Program-made: the position numbers and the translations under genes
From: the human T2T-CHM13v2.0 reference genome, Homo sapiens
DNA length: 64,000 bases
Assembly: GCF_009914755.1 (NCBI RefSeq)
Contig: NC_060930.1
Direction: 5' to 3' (one strand)
Shown here: piece after piece, positions 31,448 through 45,233 of the stretch
Numbering within the stretch: position 1 is the first letter of the stretch
Layout: the number at the start of each line of letters is the position of its first letter
Notes under the pieces: model-generated
What the model was told of the DNA's origin: nothing
Databases searched by the model: none
Seen by the model: the letters and a program-made list of their open reading frames with translations, nothing else

Positions 31448-32159
31448 TAGCATTTTTTCAAAGTGTGATGCAAGGATTCCAGTGAGTCCTCAAAACCTAT
31501 TCTGTGGGTCTGTGAGATCAAATATCTTCGTAATACTAAGATGTTCTCTTTTTTTTGTTTCTATCTGTCACAGATCTATAGTGCAGTGGACACTTTTTAA
31601 AGTGGACGCTTAAAGTGATTTTACACCAGATTGAATGCTTTCTCAGATATGAAGATCCAGCAGTCTTCTATTAAGTTGTATATTAAAGTAATTTGAGAAT
31701 ATGTAAAACAAGGGCAGTTCTCCCTATAACATTTTTTGTTGTTGTTTGGAAAATATTATTTTTTACCAAGATCATGTTACTTTTGTTAATAGATAGATTA
31801 TTGTTATTTTAAAATGAATTCATTTATAATTATTTTTAAACATTTTGATTTAATTTATTTTATGGTAAATATCCATAGATATAACCAGTGGTGTGCTGGA
31901 ACTAGCTTTCCTGGGCTTGTGAGATCTAATTGTGCACATGTCTTTCCAATTGTTTGTTCAGTGATATCACATTGGTAGTCTGACATTGAAAATGGTAGAA
32001 GTATTGACATCACAACAATCAGTAAATACAGCAAATAAGGTTTGTTCACCCATTTCTTCCCCGAGAGCCTGTTGTTAAATATTTATCACATTACTGGATA
32101 AAACCCTCCTGATCAAAATGTCTTTCGATTCCTTGGAACAAAAAAGTTTGAGAACAATG
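31448..32159 (+). mobile_element. MER119-like hAT-Charlie element
   Basis: Termini agcattttttcaaagtgtg / aagtttgagaacaatg. Confidence 0.6.
31886..32096 (+). mobile_element. MER63A-like hAT MITE nested in the MER119-like element
   Basis: cagtggtgtgctgg...cattactg termini; 8-bp TSD GATA[T/A]AAC. Confidence 0.7.
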
Positions 32160-32679
32160 GCTCCATAGCCATCAGTGCAATGCCAGCTAATATCGGTTTG
32201 AAAAATATTAACTTTTATTTATAGAATATCTTTTTTACCAATTTTCAAACCTCTTTAGCAAATGTGTAGAAACATATGGGTCACATGCGAACATTGTTCC
32301 AAGCTTTGCTTTAAATCTATGCATGTCTAATTGATCTGATACTGGGGAAATTCAACCATTAACACTATGGCTCTTCCAATAAAAGTTTTAGATGCTCATT
32401 TATTGATAGAACAAAAATCAAACAAACAAAAAGAATAAATCCACTACACTTCCCTAAAAAGAAAAACAAAGGAAAGGACAAACCTGTTTTGTTGAATCTT
32501 TGCAGAGAATACAGAGATGTATTTTCTTTGTTCTAATACAATGGTACAAAACCAATCCATGCATTATTTTAGAGTGGCTGAGTCCTTTATTTAAAATAAT
32601 TATTCGCTATAAAATAAAAACTATGAACTTTAATTTTAGTTCAATCACCTACTAGATATTTGAACTAATTGACTCTTAG

Positions 32680-32830
32680 TGGCTAAATGACCTTGGCCAA
32701 GTTATCTGTACCAGTTGTAAAACTGCGATAATTGTACCAGTACTGTCCAAATCACAAGACTATTTTAAGTATCAAATGAAAAAATTAGTGTTAAAATACT
32801 TTGTATATAAGACAGTGTTCTGTAAATACA
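32680..32830 (+). mobile_element. MIR fragment
   Basis: tgaccttggccaagtta...tgtaaaa core. Confidence 0.5.
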
Positions 32831-35800
32831 TTACAAAATAAAACATTAATATATGCATAATGTTATAAAAACATAATGGAAAATATAAATCATATAAATA
32901 CATATTTAAGTAAGTAGGAGGCAATACTACCCAAATATGTTTATTGATATATTAAAATTTTTGTTTTATTAATATAAAATTTACCTAGGATATTCAATAT
33001 GTAAATTCCCTTTTTTCTGTAAAAATTAAGAATAAATATTATGTTTTCTGTTTTCATTAAAATACAAAAAATAAGGGATTACTTACCAATACATATCTAT
33101 AGGTATTAATACAAAAATAAATGTATGAACTTGTATCTATTGCTACACTTTTATTAGTAGTACAGAATGTCTTTTTTACTACAATAGTAGTCAAAGAGCT
33201 AAGATTAAATTGTAATCAAATTCTACTTATTGTGCATGCTAATAATCTTAAATATTTCATTTTTAAATGAACATTTAAGCATAAAGTTTCAAATATTGAG
33301 ACTAATACAACTTGAAACTAATACAATGTTATTATCAGAAACTAGCACAGTGCTAGGAATTCATAGATTTATTAAATACTGAATTCCAAGTTGTTGAACT
33401 TGGGAATGAATCTGGATATACTACCTTATTATTATTTTTAAATGGGATTTTGAAGTATGGGTACTTTATATTCTGAGACAGCCAAATAAACATGCATTTT
33501 AAATTGGTAAGCTAAGGTTTACAACACTTACAATAAAACTCATTTTTCATGGGATGACAGTGGAGGAAATTGAAATCTGCTGCTCATTTTATAGCTGAAC
33601 AAACTTCTAAGGGGTACATGTATTTGTATATTTTATGTGATTCCCTTTGTAAATAACTTGTTTAAGACTTTTGAGATTTAGCAATATGTAACAATGAATA
33701 TGCATCTTATGAAGTGATATATTTTGTTGTGATTCACTTAAATATTGTTTAACTTTAACTCTGTTTTTTATCTCCATTTCTATTACAGTTCTTTCAGTTG
33801 ATTTTTTAGCTGCTGCTAAAATCCTACACAAAACATTAAATGTCACCAAAGTTACAGTTTCAAATATTTATTATTGGTGTCAAACACATAAGACACTGAT
33901 GCCCACTAAAAAATATTTGTAAATATCAATAGTCTTAATTGTTTAAGAACTATATCACATTTTGACAAAATATACATTACTAATTTTGGGGGTCTAGTCT
34001 TTTATTGACAATCTTTCATTTTCTTATAGAAATTTATTTTAATTGGAAATACATTGAAATGTAGGCAATATGGAATATCCATTTACGTAGGTCAAATTAT
34101 TCTTTATAATAATTTCAACCTTATATAATTGCAAATATATTATGCACACACAATTACGTACATAAATACGTACATTAAACTTATAGTGAGATTATAAAAA
34201 CAACCAACATCTAATTACTCAATTTCACTACAAATTTTCAAAAACATCTGGTTTCATAAATCTAGCTCTTAATGTAAGGTGTTTAGCATTACTATGTGTT
34301 TTTGGTGGTATTTAAACAGAATTTTTTTATAAGAAAATCAGTGATGAGAATAAATACAAATGAACTGCAACAATGCCTTTGTCATAAACGGTTCCCACTT
34401 TGTGTGATGTAGTCAAATTTTGCCTTAATTTTATTTTGATTTGCACCTTCAAAAGTAAATCTAGTAACAGTCAAAGAAATTTACTTAAATCAGACTGCAG
34501 TAGCACTTGTTTCCCAGAATACTTGTTATTTTTATTACAATTATAGTCATTATTTATCCTACATTGCTTGCAGTGTCTTTCCTACCACATTATTGCTGCT
34601 AGTAACTCTTACACTTCAGCTTGCTAATTAGTCTACTCAATCCATTCATCTCTTCTTCACCCTCTTGTCCAGTTGCTATTTTGTGGAGTGCACATTAATG
34701 ATCTGTATCCATTATAGATTATACATCATAGAACTACTCTTTGTCCTTGTTAATTTAAGGTGCTGAGTTGGAGGACATAAGCAAATCTAATTAAAATTAT
34801 TGATCATAGGTTTACCTGAGTTTTCTAACTTCAAATAACACAAAATTTTGGTAATTTCACATTTGAATTCTTATTGCAATATTTTAAGTGTACAATGAAA
34901 AGTGCAGTCTTAAATTTTTTAATGTAGTTTCGGATCAACTCCTCCAATTTCTAAGTATTTGATTGTGGACAAATTAACTTCCAGAAATTACAGTCCCCTT
35001 GTCTAAGAATGACTCAATAATGCCACTTCATTTACTATATTTAAGAGAAATACTTTGTTAAAGTTTTTACCATCCAGGTTAGCAAATATCAAATTCAAAA
35101 TATGCTACTTTTATGATAAATATAGTTTAAAAGCACAGATTTTTTTAGTCCACATAGTAAAATGTAATGCCTTTTGCCATTATTAAGTGATTTTAAAATT
35201 TATTTGATGAAACATCTAAAAATATTTCAGAGCCTTTCCTTTCTAAATTAGAAAACAAACAAAAATAATCAAGTTAAAAATATTCCTAATCTCTAAACAT
35301 TTATCAATTTATTAATTTCAAAAATATATCTGGGGTTCCTCCAACATATTAGATATTGCACTTAACACTGTGGAAAAATAAGAAATAATTGTTGACTCTG
35401 GTAAATCTACTGAGAAATTTATGATATAGTAAGGTAACACATTTCTTTTAGAAAAACTATTGTTTTCCATATTTATCAGATATCACTAGGACAGGAATAA
35501 TAGTCACTGGAATAATAATAATGGTTACCTGAAAGATGCTCACTTTTATTTTTAATACCATTTCACATAAAAAATAATGTACACAAATAACTGGAAGACA
35601 TCACTGTGACTGAGTTTAAATCTGAACAAACCTGGCCTTTAACTATTTCTTACATGTCATCACATAAAATATATTATTTTTGCTATTCTACATTAACTAA
35701 TAAATTCTGAAACAATATCCCATAAAGAAATGTATATCTACTGTTTCTTTATAAATATCTTGATTAATTTGCAATAACTGTGAACATAGAATTAATTATA

Positions 35801-36539
35801 CTTTTTATTACAAATGTGCATCTTCTCTTGTATTGGAGATGAAGACTGCCTTCTAAGTTAACATTTGGATTTGAAGAAATCTATCATAAAAATTAACTGT
35901 AATTTGGTCTAACATATGTTGGTCTCTAAGTATGTTTCAGAACAAAAATTACATGAAATACTAGAATTTCCTTAATGGAAATTCCAGTTAACAGTGTTCC
36001 AAATTGATAACTGAAATCAAAATTACAATATCATTGTGTTTCTTAATGCTTTTGATTGAGGAAAAAATGTGCATTGAATGTGGATGTAGATTATACTTCA
36101 TCTTAAGTGGTAACTTGAATGAATTCAAGGCAGCCACTAAAAGCCTATATTAGAGATATGTCTGAAGAAGAATTCAGTCAGCCACATTAGAAACTACTCT
36201 GGGCAATCAGTGATGTTGCCCTCAGGGATTTCCCTGATGAAGCATAGATAACTATGCTTCATTTGTCCCTGGCACACTTTCTTCTGGTATCATTATTTTG
36301 CTACTACAAGAGATTACTAACAGAAAAATAATGATATACTCTATTTTATGTTTTATGCTTTTCTATATTAAACTACATAAAACATGTCTACGGATACGAC
36401 CCCTTCTCCTCTAGGTGACACCTTTCTATCTAGTTCCCACTGAAATATCCAAAATAAATCTCTTTTGGCAGTGTCTTGATTCATTTAGTTGCTCTGATTG
36501 TGCTCATGTCATGTTTCTGTTGCTATTTTTCAGTACATA

Positions 36540-37490
36540 CTTCGAAATTTTTATGTATTATTTAAAAAAAAAACCTCAGAAAGATAGATACAAAACCAGA
36601 CAGCAGAGTATAATTAAAGCCCATGTACCTGTTGGCTAGTTTTAGCAATTATTAACTCATAAACAGTCTGATATGTTTATACTCTATCCCATTCTTTACT
36701 CCAAATTATTTTGGAGCAAATCCTAATTCCATGTGAAAAAAAAATAGTATCTACCTCTGAATGACAAAAACACTAACATTTTGAAATACAACCCTAATAC
36801 CGTTATAACTTGTAAAAATTAAAAATATCATAGTATTAAATATCCAAATGAATGTTCAAATTAATAAATATCTTACAAATGTTGCATTTATAAGAGTTTT
36901 TAAAGGAAATCATAACCCAAATAAAGTTCATATTACAGTTGGTTGAACAGTATTATTAAAGCATTTTAAATTTATACATTTTTCCTCCATCTCTTACTTT
37001 TTGACTTTTTATAATTTATTTATTGTAGAAACCAAGTTACCCTTTCTATGGAGTTCACCAAAGTCTAAATTTTGGAAATTGTATCCCATGGTCAAGTTCA
37101 CTTGTTTTTCTTTCCCCTGCATTTCCTGGAAATTAGCACTTATGTAGGGAGAATTAATCAAATTCAGATTCTATTCAGTAGGAAAGGGTAGAAAAATTAC
37201 CTCCTAGGTATTGATTTTTCCACCAAAAGGCACATAATCATTCTGATATCTTTGTTGTGATGTTAGCATTTCTTGAAATACAATGCCTGAATCCATGAAT
37301 TCATTAGAAGTTACAAAATGATGGAATTAAAATTCTATTATTCCTTCTTAATTGTTTGGCTAGGATTATTCTATACAGAAGAACTTTCTTTCATCAAATA
37401 CTTGCATACCCAGTGACACAGTTTATATAAGAAAGGCAGGATGCACTAATAAAAATTTAATATATTTCAATACATTGCAGTATGATTCCT
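36540..37490 (-). mobile_element. L1MC 3' region (L1MC5-like)
   Basis: attattttggagcaaatcc...; cccagtgacacagtttatataagaaaggcaggat motifs. Confidence 0.55.
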
Positions 37491-37499
37491 ATTAATAGT

Positions 37500-37900
37500 C
37501 CTCCCTGGAAGGGTTCTGTGGATGCAGATACTGAAATGGGATTTGAAATGCAAAATATTGTTTAGCAATCAATAACTCTGAAGGAAAGTCAGAGAGCAGA
37601 ATTGGGTGGCGGAAGAAGTAATCTCCACTGCAGATCCATCAAACCTCGCTCAACCCAGTGGGAAGCTTTGAAGCAAATATTATCTGTCAGAGTAGTCCCA
37701 CATCATGACAAAATGGTTGGGTTTCTATACCCTCATCTCATCCAGGCATATCATGCAGGTTGCTCTGAGAAAGTCTATGTGACAATGGAGAAGGCATCTC
37801 TCTCCTGCTGGGAAGATTCAGGAGGAGCTGGCCAGTGGAAACTGCTAATTATGATCCTTGAAAAAGGACAGCAGTTCCTTTTTTGAAGGGTATGGGCAAT
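37500..37900 (-). mobile_element. LTR33-like ERVL LTR
   Basis: gcagatactgaaatggg...gcagaattgg...ctcaacccagtgggaagc. Confidence 0.45.
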
Positions 37901-38421
37901 TCTAATGCATTTTAACTGTTGAGCTACTATCTTTAAAGTTCAACTCTGTGGATTTTTTTTTTTTAATTGTCATGTGTCTATTACAGTTCCTTAAAACAAA
38001 GTTATCCCTGAAAAAGTCGGATAAGAAAAAGTAATACTAGCATGTTCTAAAGCGTTAGGAACAGGAGCAACTCTTGGTATGTACATTCTATTGTTCTATA
38101 ATTCATTAGCTTCTCTGTTTACGCCTCTATGCTATTATGCTAATATGTCCTAACCCCTTGTTTAATTTCACGGATGTTATATCCTTCCTATTCTTTCTAG
38201 TAGAGGTCTTCTTATCTGAGAGTTTAGAAGTGAGGCACGCACATGTCAAAGGACTTTGTTATACATATTACCCAACAGTCTCACATCTTACCGCAGTTAA
38301 AATTTGTATTAAAAAAAAGAGCCTGGTTTATCCCTTTATGAATTGTTATATTCCTATAAATGTCAACCATGGCATTTTTACATTTTTTTATGGTAGCTTT
38401 TTTCATTACTCACAAATACGT

Positions 38422-38452
38422 ACACACACATACACACACACACACACACACA
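38422..38452. repeat. Interrupted (CA)n microsatellite
   Basis: Direct reading. Confidence 0.9.
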
Positions 38453-40047
38453 TGCTTCTACTGTTTCCTCTTAACATTTCAAATGCTGTAAAAGTACATT
38501 TCCTGGAATCCTTTGATGCTGAGGTTCTGGATATTGGTTAAGTTCTGACAATTTGTTCTACTTTTAGGAGATTAGTGGGCCAAAAGTGGAACTGCTTTGT
38601 GTTTTTCCCCCTTGCTGGCAACCACAGTCTTTCTTTTCTTTAAGGAATGTTTCTAGTGTCCTGGTATCACCTCTATGGAGAGCAGGATGCAATTGTTAAG
38701 GGTTTTAGCAGCTTCCTGAATTCTGTATTGTTGGGTAGCCTTATATTTTCCCACCTTCCTGATTGTAGAGTGATGGGCAGCCAAATGGAAGGCCCATCCT
38801 AGAGTTTACTCCATCAGGCCTCCAATTATGGTTTGCCTATTAGATATACATCTCTCTCTCTCTTTTTCTTTTCTTTCTTTCTTTTTTTTTTGCTTTAAAA
38901 GAACTAGAATGTTTGTAGCTTCTGCAACTAAATTCTTACCTATGCTCAAACTGTTGTAAAATAGACAAAAATAGTTTCCTCTAAAAGAATATCAGATAGT
39001 GCATTATAGAAGACACCTATTATATTATATAGAAGCCAATGCACTTTAAATTGGATAATTTGACAAAGTATAGACAAATACTATCTACCAAGGATTTTAA
39101 AATACTTCTTTTGCATTCTGGCCTTGAGCATCACACTGTACTTAAATGTATTCTTTTACTTTATTTTTTTACATTTTTGGTTAGTGATAGTTCAATTTTT
39201 AAAAATTGATCTCAGAAAATTTTTGTATGAAACCCCAAATTCTCAGAGGTTCAGCGGTCCCTAATAATTAAGTTTGCACCATCACGATTTTCCAAAAAGT
39301 TTCAAAAGCATTAGAACATACATTCAAATTAATATATTGAATTAGCAAGACATATGTAAATATTTTAGATTTGAAAACACAAAAAATGTATATAGTGTAT
39401 TATAGAAAACTTGATGTGCCACTCATAATATTTACTGTATGCCACCTCAACAGTATCATTCAGATACCCAGTCCCATTAACTTATCATACAAATGAATAA
39501 TTGGAGAAGGAAAGGAATGGAATATAGATTGGTGTTGAAGTTAAAAAATAAATAAATAAATAAATAAATAGAAATACATACGATAAACAAAACAGAATGA
39601 TAGTAATATGTACGGCGTCCCAAGAAAGATTTTTAACTCAGTTTTGAGCATCTGAGGACTAGGAAAAAAATGAAACAAGCAATCACATTTTTGATACAAT
39701 GCAAGGAACTTTTGGAATTTCAGTCATTAAAAGAAGTCATTTCACAAAAGATATTCACAATTTAGTCTAGAAGAGAGACACTAAAATCTGTTAGAAACAC
39801 AGGACAGATTTAAATGGTGTCTTAGTCCATTTGCATTGCTATAAAATAATACTTGAGGCTGGGTAATTTATAAAGAAAAGAAGTTTATCTCATGGTTCCG
39901 CAGGCTGTACCAGAAGCATGGTGCCGGCATCTGCTTCCAGTGAGAGCCTCAGACTGTTTCTACTCATGATGGAAAGTGAAGGAGGGCCAACGCATGGTAA
40001 GAGAGGAAGGAAGGAAGAGAGAGGAAAGGGATAAACCAGGATCTTTT

Positions 40048-41244
40048 TTTTTAATACAAATTTTAATTTAAATAGATTTATGGGTACAGATGTTTTTGGT
40101 TACCTAGATAAATTATATCGTGTGAAGTCTGGGCTTTTAGTGTACCTATCATTTTAATAGTGTACATTATACACAATGGATAATTTTTCATCCCTTACTA
40201 CTCTCATACCCTCTTCTGAGTCTTCAATGTCCATTACACCACTCCGTGTGCCCCTGTGTTACAGGAAAAGGGTCTGGATCCAGAACCCAACAGCGGGTTC
40301 TTGGCTCTCTTGCAAGAAAGAATTCAGGGCGAGTCCACAGTGCAAAGTGAACGCAAGTTTATTAAAAAAGTCAAGGAATTAAAAAAAAAATGGCTTCTCC
40401 ATAGCCTCCCTTGGGGCTGCTGGTTGCCGATGTTTATGGTTATTTCTTCATGATATGCTAAATAAGGGGTGGATTATCCATGCCCCCTCTTTTTAGACCA
40501 TAAAGGATAACTTCCTGATGTTGCCATGGCATTTGTAAACTGTCATGGCGCTGGTGGGAGTGTAGCAATGAGGACCACCAGAGGTCACTCTCATTTCCAT
40601 TTTTGTTTTGGTGGGTTTTGGCCAGCTCCTTTACTGCAACCTGTTTTATCAGCAAGGACTTTATGACCTGTATTTTGTGCTGACCTCTTATCTCATCCTG
40701 TGACTTAGAATGCCTTAACCATCTGACAATGTGGCTCAGTAGATTTCAGCCTCATTTTACCCAGCTCCTATTTAAGATGGAGTTGCTCTGGTTCACACAC
40801 CTCTGACACCTGTGTACCCATACCGTAGCTGCCACTTATAAGTGAGAATGTGTGGTATTTGGCTTTCCATTCCTATGTGACTTAACTTAGGAAAATGGCC
40901 TCCACTTCCATCCAAGTTGCTGCAAAATACACTATTTCCTTCTTTTTTATGGCTCAGTAGTGTACAAGTGCAGATGTCCTTTTGATATAATGAGTTTTTT
41001 CCTTTGGGTAGATACCCAGTGGTGAGATTGCTGGATCAAAGGGTAAATGTAATTTAATTCTTTGAGAAATCTCCATACTGTTTTCCAAAGAGATTGTGCT
41101 AATTTACATTCCCACCAATGTTGTATAAGCATTCCATTTTTACTGCACTATGCCAACACCTATTAATTTTTTTTTTTTTTACTTATTAATAATGGCCATT
41201 CTGACTGGGATAATATGGTGGTATCTCATTGCAGTTTTAATTTG
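40048..41244 (-). mobile_element. 5'-truncated L1PB 3' end, split by MER41A
   Basis: Poly-T, L1 3'UTR, ORF2 tail peptide ([22 protein letters not shown]), TSD caggat[c/g]tttt. Confidence 0.85.
40257..40808 (-). mobile_element. MER41A solo LTR
   Basis: Reverse start tgtcagaggtgtgtgaaccagagcaactccatc; perfect 4-bp TSD CCTG. Confidence 0.88.
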
Positions 41245-41690
41245 CAGGATGTTTTGAACAATCAGATCTCTGGCGAGCTAATAGAGTCAGAGCTCCCTCA
41301 TTACCATGAGAGAGAATGGCACTAAGCCATTCATGAAGGATGCAGTCCCATAACCCAAACCCCTCTCATTAGTCCCCATCTCAGATACCAGGGACCAAAT
41401 TTCAGCATGATATCTGGAGGGGACAAATATGCAAACTATATCTAATTGGATATATAAAATATGTATGCAAATACTTCGAAGATAATAAGGGGGAATTAAT
41501 CTAAATGTCAAAAGTAAAATCGCCTTTATCATTAAGAGTTGCAGTTAGTTCAAAGTACATGGCTCCTGTCCTGTCTTCTGCTTTGCCTTTTTGTGAGCAT
41601 TTATCCATTTACTTTTATCTCTTATCAGACTATCAGTATTTTGTGTAGCAGTAAGATGCCTTTCTAATTTCCCCTTACAAACTTGGGGGG

Positions 41691-42154
41691 TGTCACGTGC
41701 GTCCCTGTGAAGAGACCACCAAACAGGCTTTGTGTGAGCAACAAGGCTGTTTATTTCACCTGGGTGCAGGCGGGCTGAGTCCGAAAAGAGAGTCAGCAAA
41801 GGGTGGTGGGATTATCATTAGTTCTTATAGGTTTTGGGATAGGCGGTGGAGTCAGGACCAATGTTTTGTGGGCAGGGGGTAGATCTCACAAAGTACATTC
41901 TCAAGGGTGGGGAGAATTACAAAGAACATTCTTAAGGGTGGGGGAGATTACAAAGAACCTTCTTAAGGGTGGGGGAGATTACAAAGTACATTGATCAGTT
42001 ACGGTGGGGCAGAAACAAATCACAATGGTGGAATGTCATCAGTTACGGCTATTTTCACTTCTTTTGTGGATCTTCAGTTGCTTCCGGCCATCTGGATGTA
42101 TACCTGCAGGTCACAGGGGATATGATGGTTTAGCTTGGGCTCAGAGGCCTGATG
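41691..42154 (-). mobile_element. HERV-H solo LTR (LTR7B-type)
   Basis: Reverse start tcaggcctctgagcccaagctaa; three ~31-bp U3 tandem repeats; end ggtggtctcttcac...gtgaca. Confidence 0.9.
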
Positions 42155-42184
42155 GGGTGGAATAACAATATAACATCTTTTAAA

Positions 42185-42375
42185 AAATAATTTTTAATTT
42201 TTATATTTTAAAATTGACAAAACTGTGTATATTTACCATACACAGCATGATGTTTTGAAGTATGTATAAATTGTGGAATGATTAAATCTAGCTAATCCAC
42301 ATATACATTACCTGACAGATTTATCATTTTTGTGGTGAGAACACTTATATCCACTCTCTTAACATTTTTCAAGAG
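42185..42375 (-). mobile_element. L1MA 3'-terminal fragment
   Basis: acagcatgatgttttgaagtatgtata...ttttgtggtgagaacactt. Confidence 0.7.
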
Positions 42376-42609
42376 TCTTAAAAGACCCTACTTACCATTA
42401 CCATTTTTTAAATTTAATTTGAATATAGAAACCTGTAAAACAAAATGTTTTTCTTGCCAAACCATGTATATTGAATTACTTTTATATCCTATGATTTAAA
42501 ACATTTGAAGGCAAAAAAAAAAAAACACTTCCATGTATCAGCTAATATTTTTAAAGGCCATAGTACCTCATATACAATATTAATCACGTAAAAAAGCTTA
42601 GATGCATAA

Positions 42610-42953
<344 letters not shown>

Positions 42954-43949
42954 TACTCTCTAGTTTCAACTATACAAACCCCAAGAGATTTCTGACAAAA
43001 GAATGTCTTAAGTCTATTTCTTTCTAAGTGAGAATGGAGGGGAATGCATGCCTGTTTACAAATCTACAGCCATTTTATTGCACACTGCATGTAATGCATT
43101 GTGTAGGTTCTTGTTTAAAATTATTCTTCTGACTTCACTAAATAATAATTGTTTGAAATTACATTAGAAAATATTCAACTTCCCTTGCAATTCTTAGCAG
43201 TATTTAGTACATAATTCTATTTTCCTAAATCTAGTTACTCTGAGCTAAGAAAGTATAGGAAGCTCTGGTTGTTATAGCCAGTGGGCAGGGAGTGACATTT
43301 GCTAAAGCAACACATAACAAACTGAATTCAGTGACTTCTAAAGAGATGGGTGCTTCTCTCTCTCACAAAGTGGCAGAGAGATGTGTAAAACCCCTTCTCC
43401 ATAGCACAGAAGCACAGACCAAAGACTGGAAGATGAAATCCATTGATTAACACAGGTAAAATGCAGAAGAATGGAAGTCATTCTGGATAGAATGGGCTTA
43501 TATCAGGAATACCTACAAAAACAGTAAAAGAATGAATATATTCCAGATTTGAATGTACCTTTATGTTAGTATATTGAGAAGATTTGCACAGACTAAACAT
43601 TTTCTTCAATAGGTATGAAACTGCAGATTTAAAAGTCAATCCAACTAACCCATTCTGCATAAAACATGGAGCATATAAAGGGAAGAATTATGTCCAGAAT
43701 CACTATATTTTCTATTTAAATAACTTTAGGCAAGGGTATCTGTAATTACTAAAATCTGGAAGAAAATAGCTGAAGTAAATGTACAGTATTTACAATTTTA
43801 TACATACATGCTTACATGCCCCTCATACACAGGGGGTATTTTATATATTTTCAAAGTAACACTTTAATAGCACTTAACATTTTATATTTAAATTCGAGTT
43901 TGAAAAAAATGTATGACTAAACTTAATTCAAATATTATATGAATTAACA

Positions 43950-44631
43950 TTCGTTAGGCAGGAATATCATCACCCCTACTCCGCCTGAAGAAATTACGGA
44001 AGATGGATCTTCGTCCTCTGCAACCCTCAGGATTAAGGGTTATCTTGTAAAAGGGAGGAGGGAAATGTTAGAGGCGTTTCAACCGGAGCAACTCCATCTT
44101 GAATAGGAGCTGGGTAAAATGTGGCTGAGACCTACTGGGCTGCATTATCAGATGGCTAAGGCATTCTAAGTCACAGAATGAGATTAGAGGTGGGCATAAG
44201 ATACAGATCATAAAGACCTTGCTGATAAAACAGGTTGCAGTAAAGAAACAGGCAAAACCCCACCAAAACTGAACCCGGAGCGAGCTGAGATCCCTCCACT
44301 GCACTCCAGCCTGGGCGACAGAGCAAGACTCCGTCTCAAAAAAAAAAAAAAAAAAACCGCCAAAACCACGGTGGCGATGAGAGTGATCTCTGGTTGTCCT
44401 CACTGCTACACTCGCACCAGTGACATGACTGTTTATAAATGCCACTGAAACAACAGAACACAGGAAGTTACCCTAGATGGTCTAAAAAGGGGAAGCATGA
44501 ATAATACACCCTTTGTTTAGCGTATCATCAAGAAATAACCATAAAAATAGGCAACCAGCAGCTCTCAGGGCTGCTCTGTGTATGGAGTAGTCATTCTTTT
44601 GTTCCTTTACTTTCTTAATAAACTTCCTCTT
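43950..44631 (+). mobile_element. MER41-internal 3' stub + polypurine tract + U5-less MER41A LTR (LTR from 44066)
   Basis: PPT aaaagggaggagggaaa, then tgttagaggcgtttcaacc...; stops about 9 nt after AATAAA (44617-44622). Confidence 0.82.
44270..44352 (+). mobile_element. Short 3' Alu fragment inside MER41A
   Basis: ccactgcactccagcctgggcgacagag...A-run; TSD-like aaaacc(c)[a/g]ccaaaac. Confidence 0.85.
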
Positions 44632-45233
44632 GAGATATATATATATATATATTTCAAAGCAAAAATATATATAATATGGGACACCTAAAAGGAACATTTC
44701 ACAGAATGATTACTTAACAAGAATTATTACTATCTGAGGATTCTGCAAGTATAGTTTGATAAAAGACATAAGAGAATACATTGACTCAAATAGACAGTGC
44801 ACAAATTAGTTTAAAGAGTCAATGGATGAATGAATAAAAATATATAATTTGGCATAATAGAAAAATCTTTGCATTGATTTCATTCAACTTTTCACAAATA
44901 CTTGTTAAGCTGCTACTTACAAACTTCAAAACATCACCCTCAATGTTTCTTTTCAAGGTAAACTCGACATTTTAATAATGAGTGTAAAATTATTTTTCAA
45001 AAGAAACTGTGGGTAAAGAGAAGACTGTGAAAAAGTGATATTTTGGCCACGTCTTTATTATTGTATGATTTTGTAAAAACACTCAAAGATGTCTCAAATG
45101 AATATAATAGGAGACTGAAGTTTTTCTGATTTTTTCAAAAATATACCAATTGATATTTTTTGTGTTTTTGAACCATTTGTTAAAAATATAAAAATGCTGT
45201 ATGATCTGATTAGTTTTCAAAAATACCTCATTG

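Larger units (their letters stand above)
39818..41443 (-). mobile_element. MST (B-like) MaLR LTR split by an L1PB
   Basis: tgtcttagtccattt start; resumes at 41245; ends ...gcaaactatatc. Confidence 0.8.

Noticed and set aside
41888-41992. 31-bp tandem units as a CRISPR-like array
   Set aside because: No unique spacers; these are the U3 tandem repeats of HERV-H LTRs in eukaryotic DNA.
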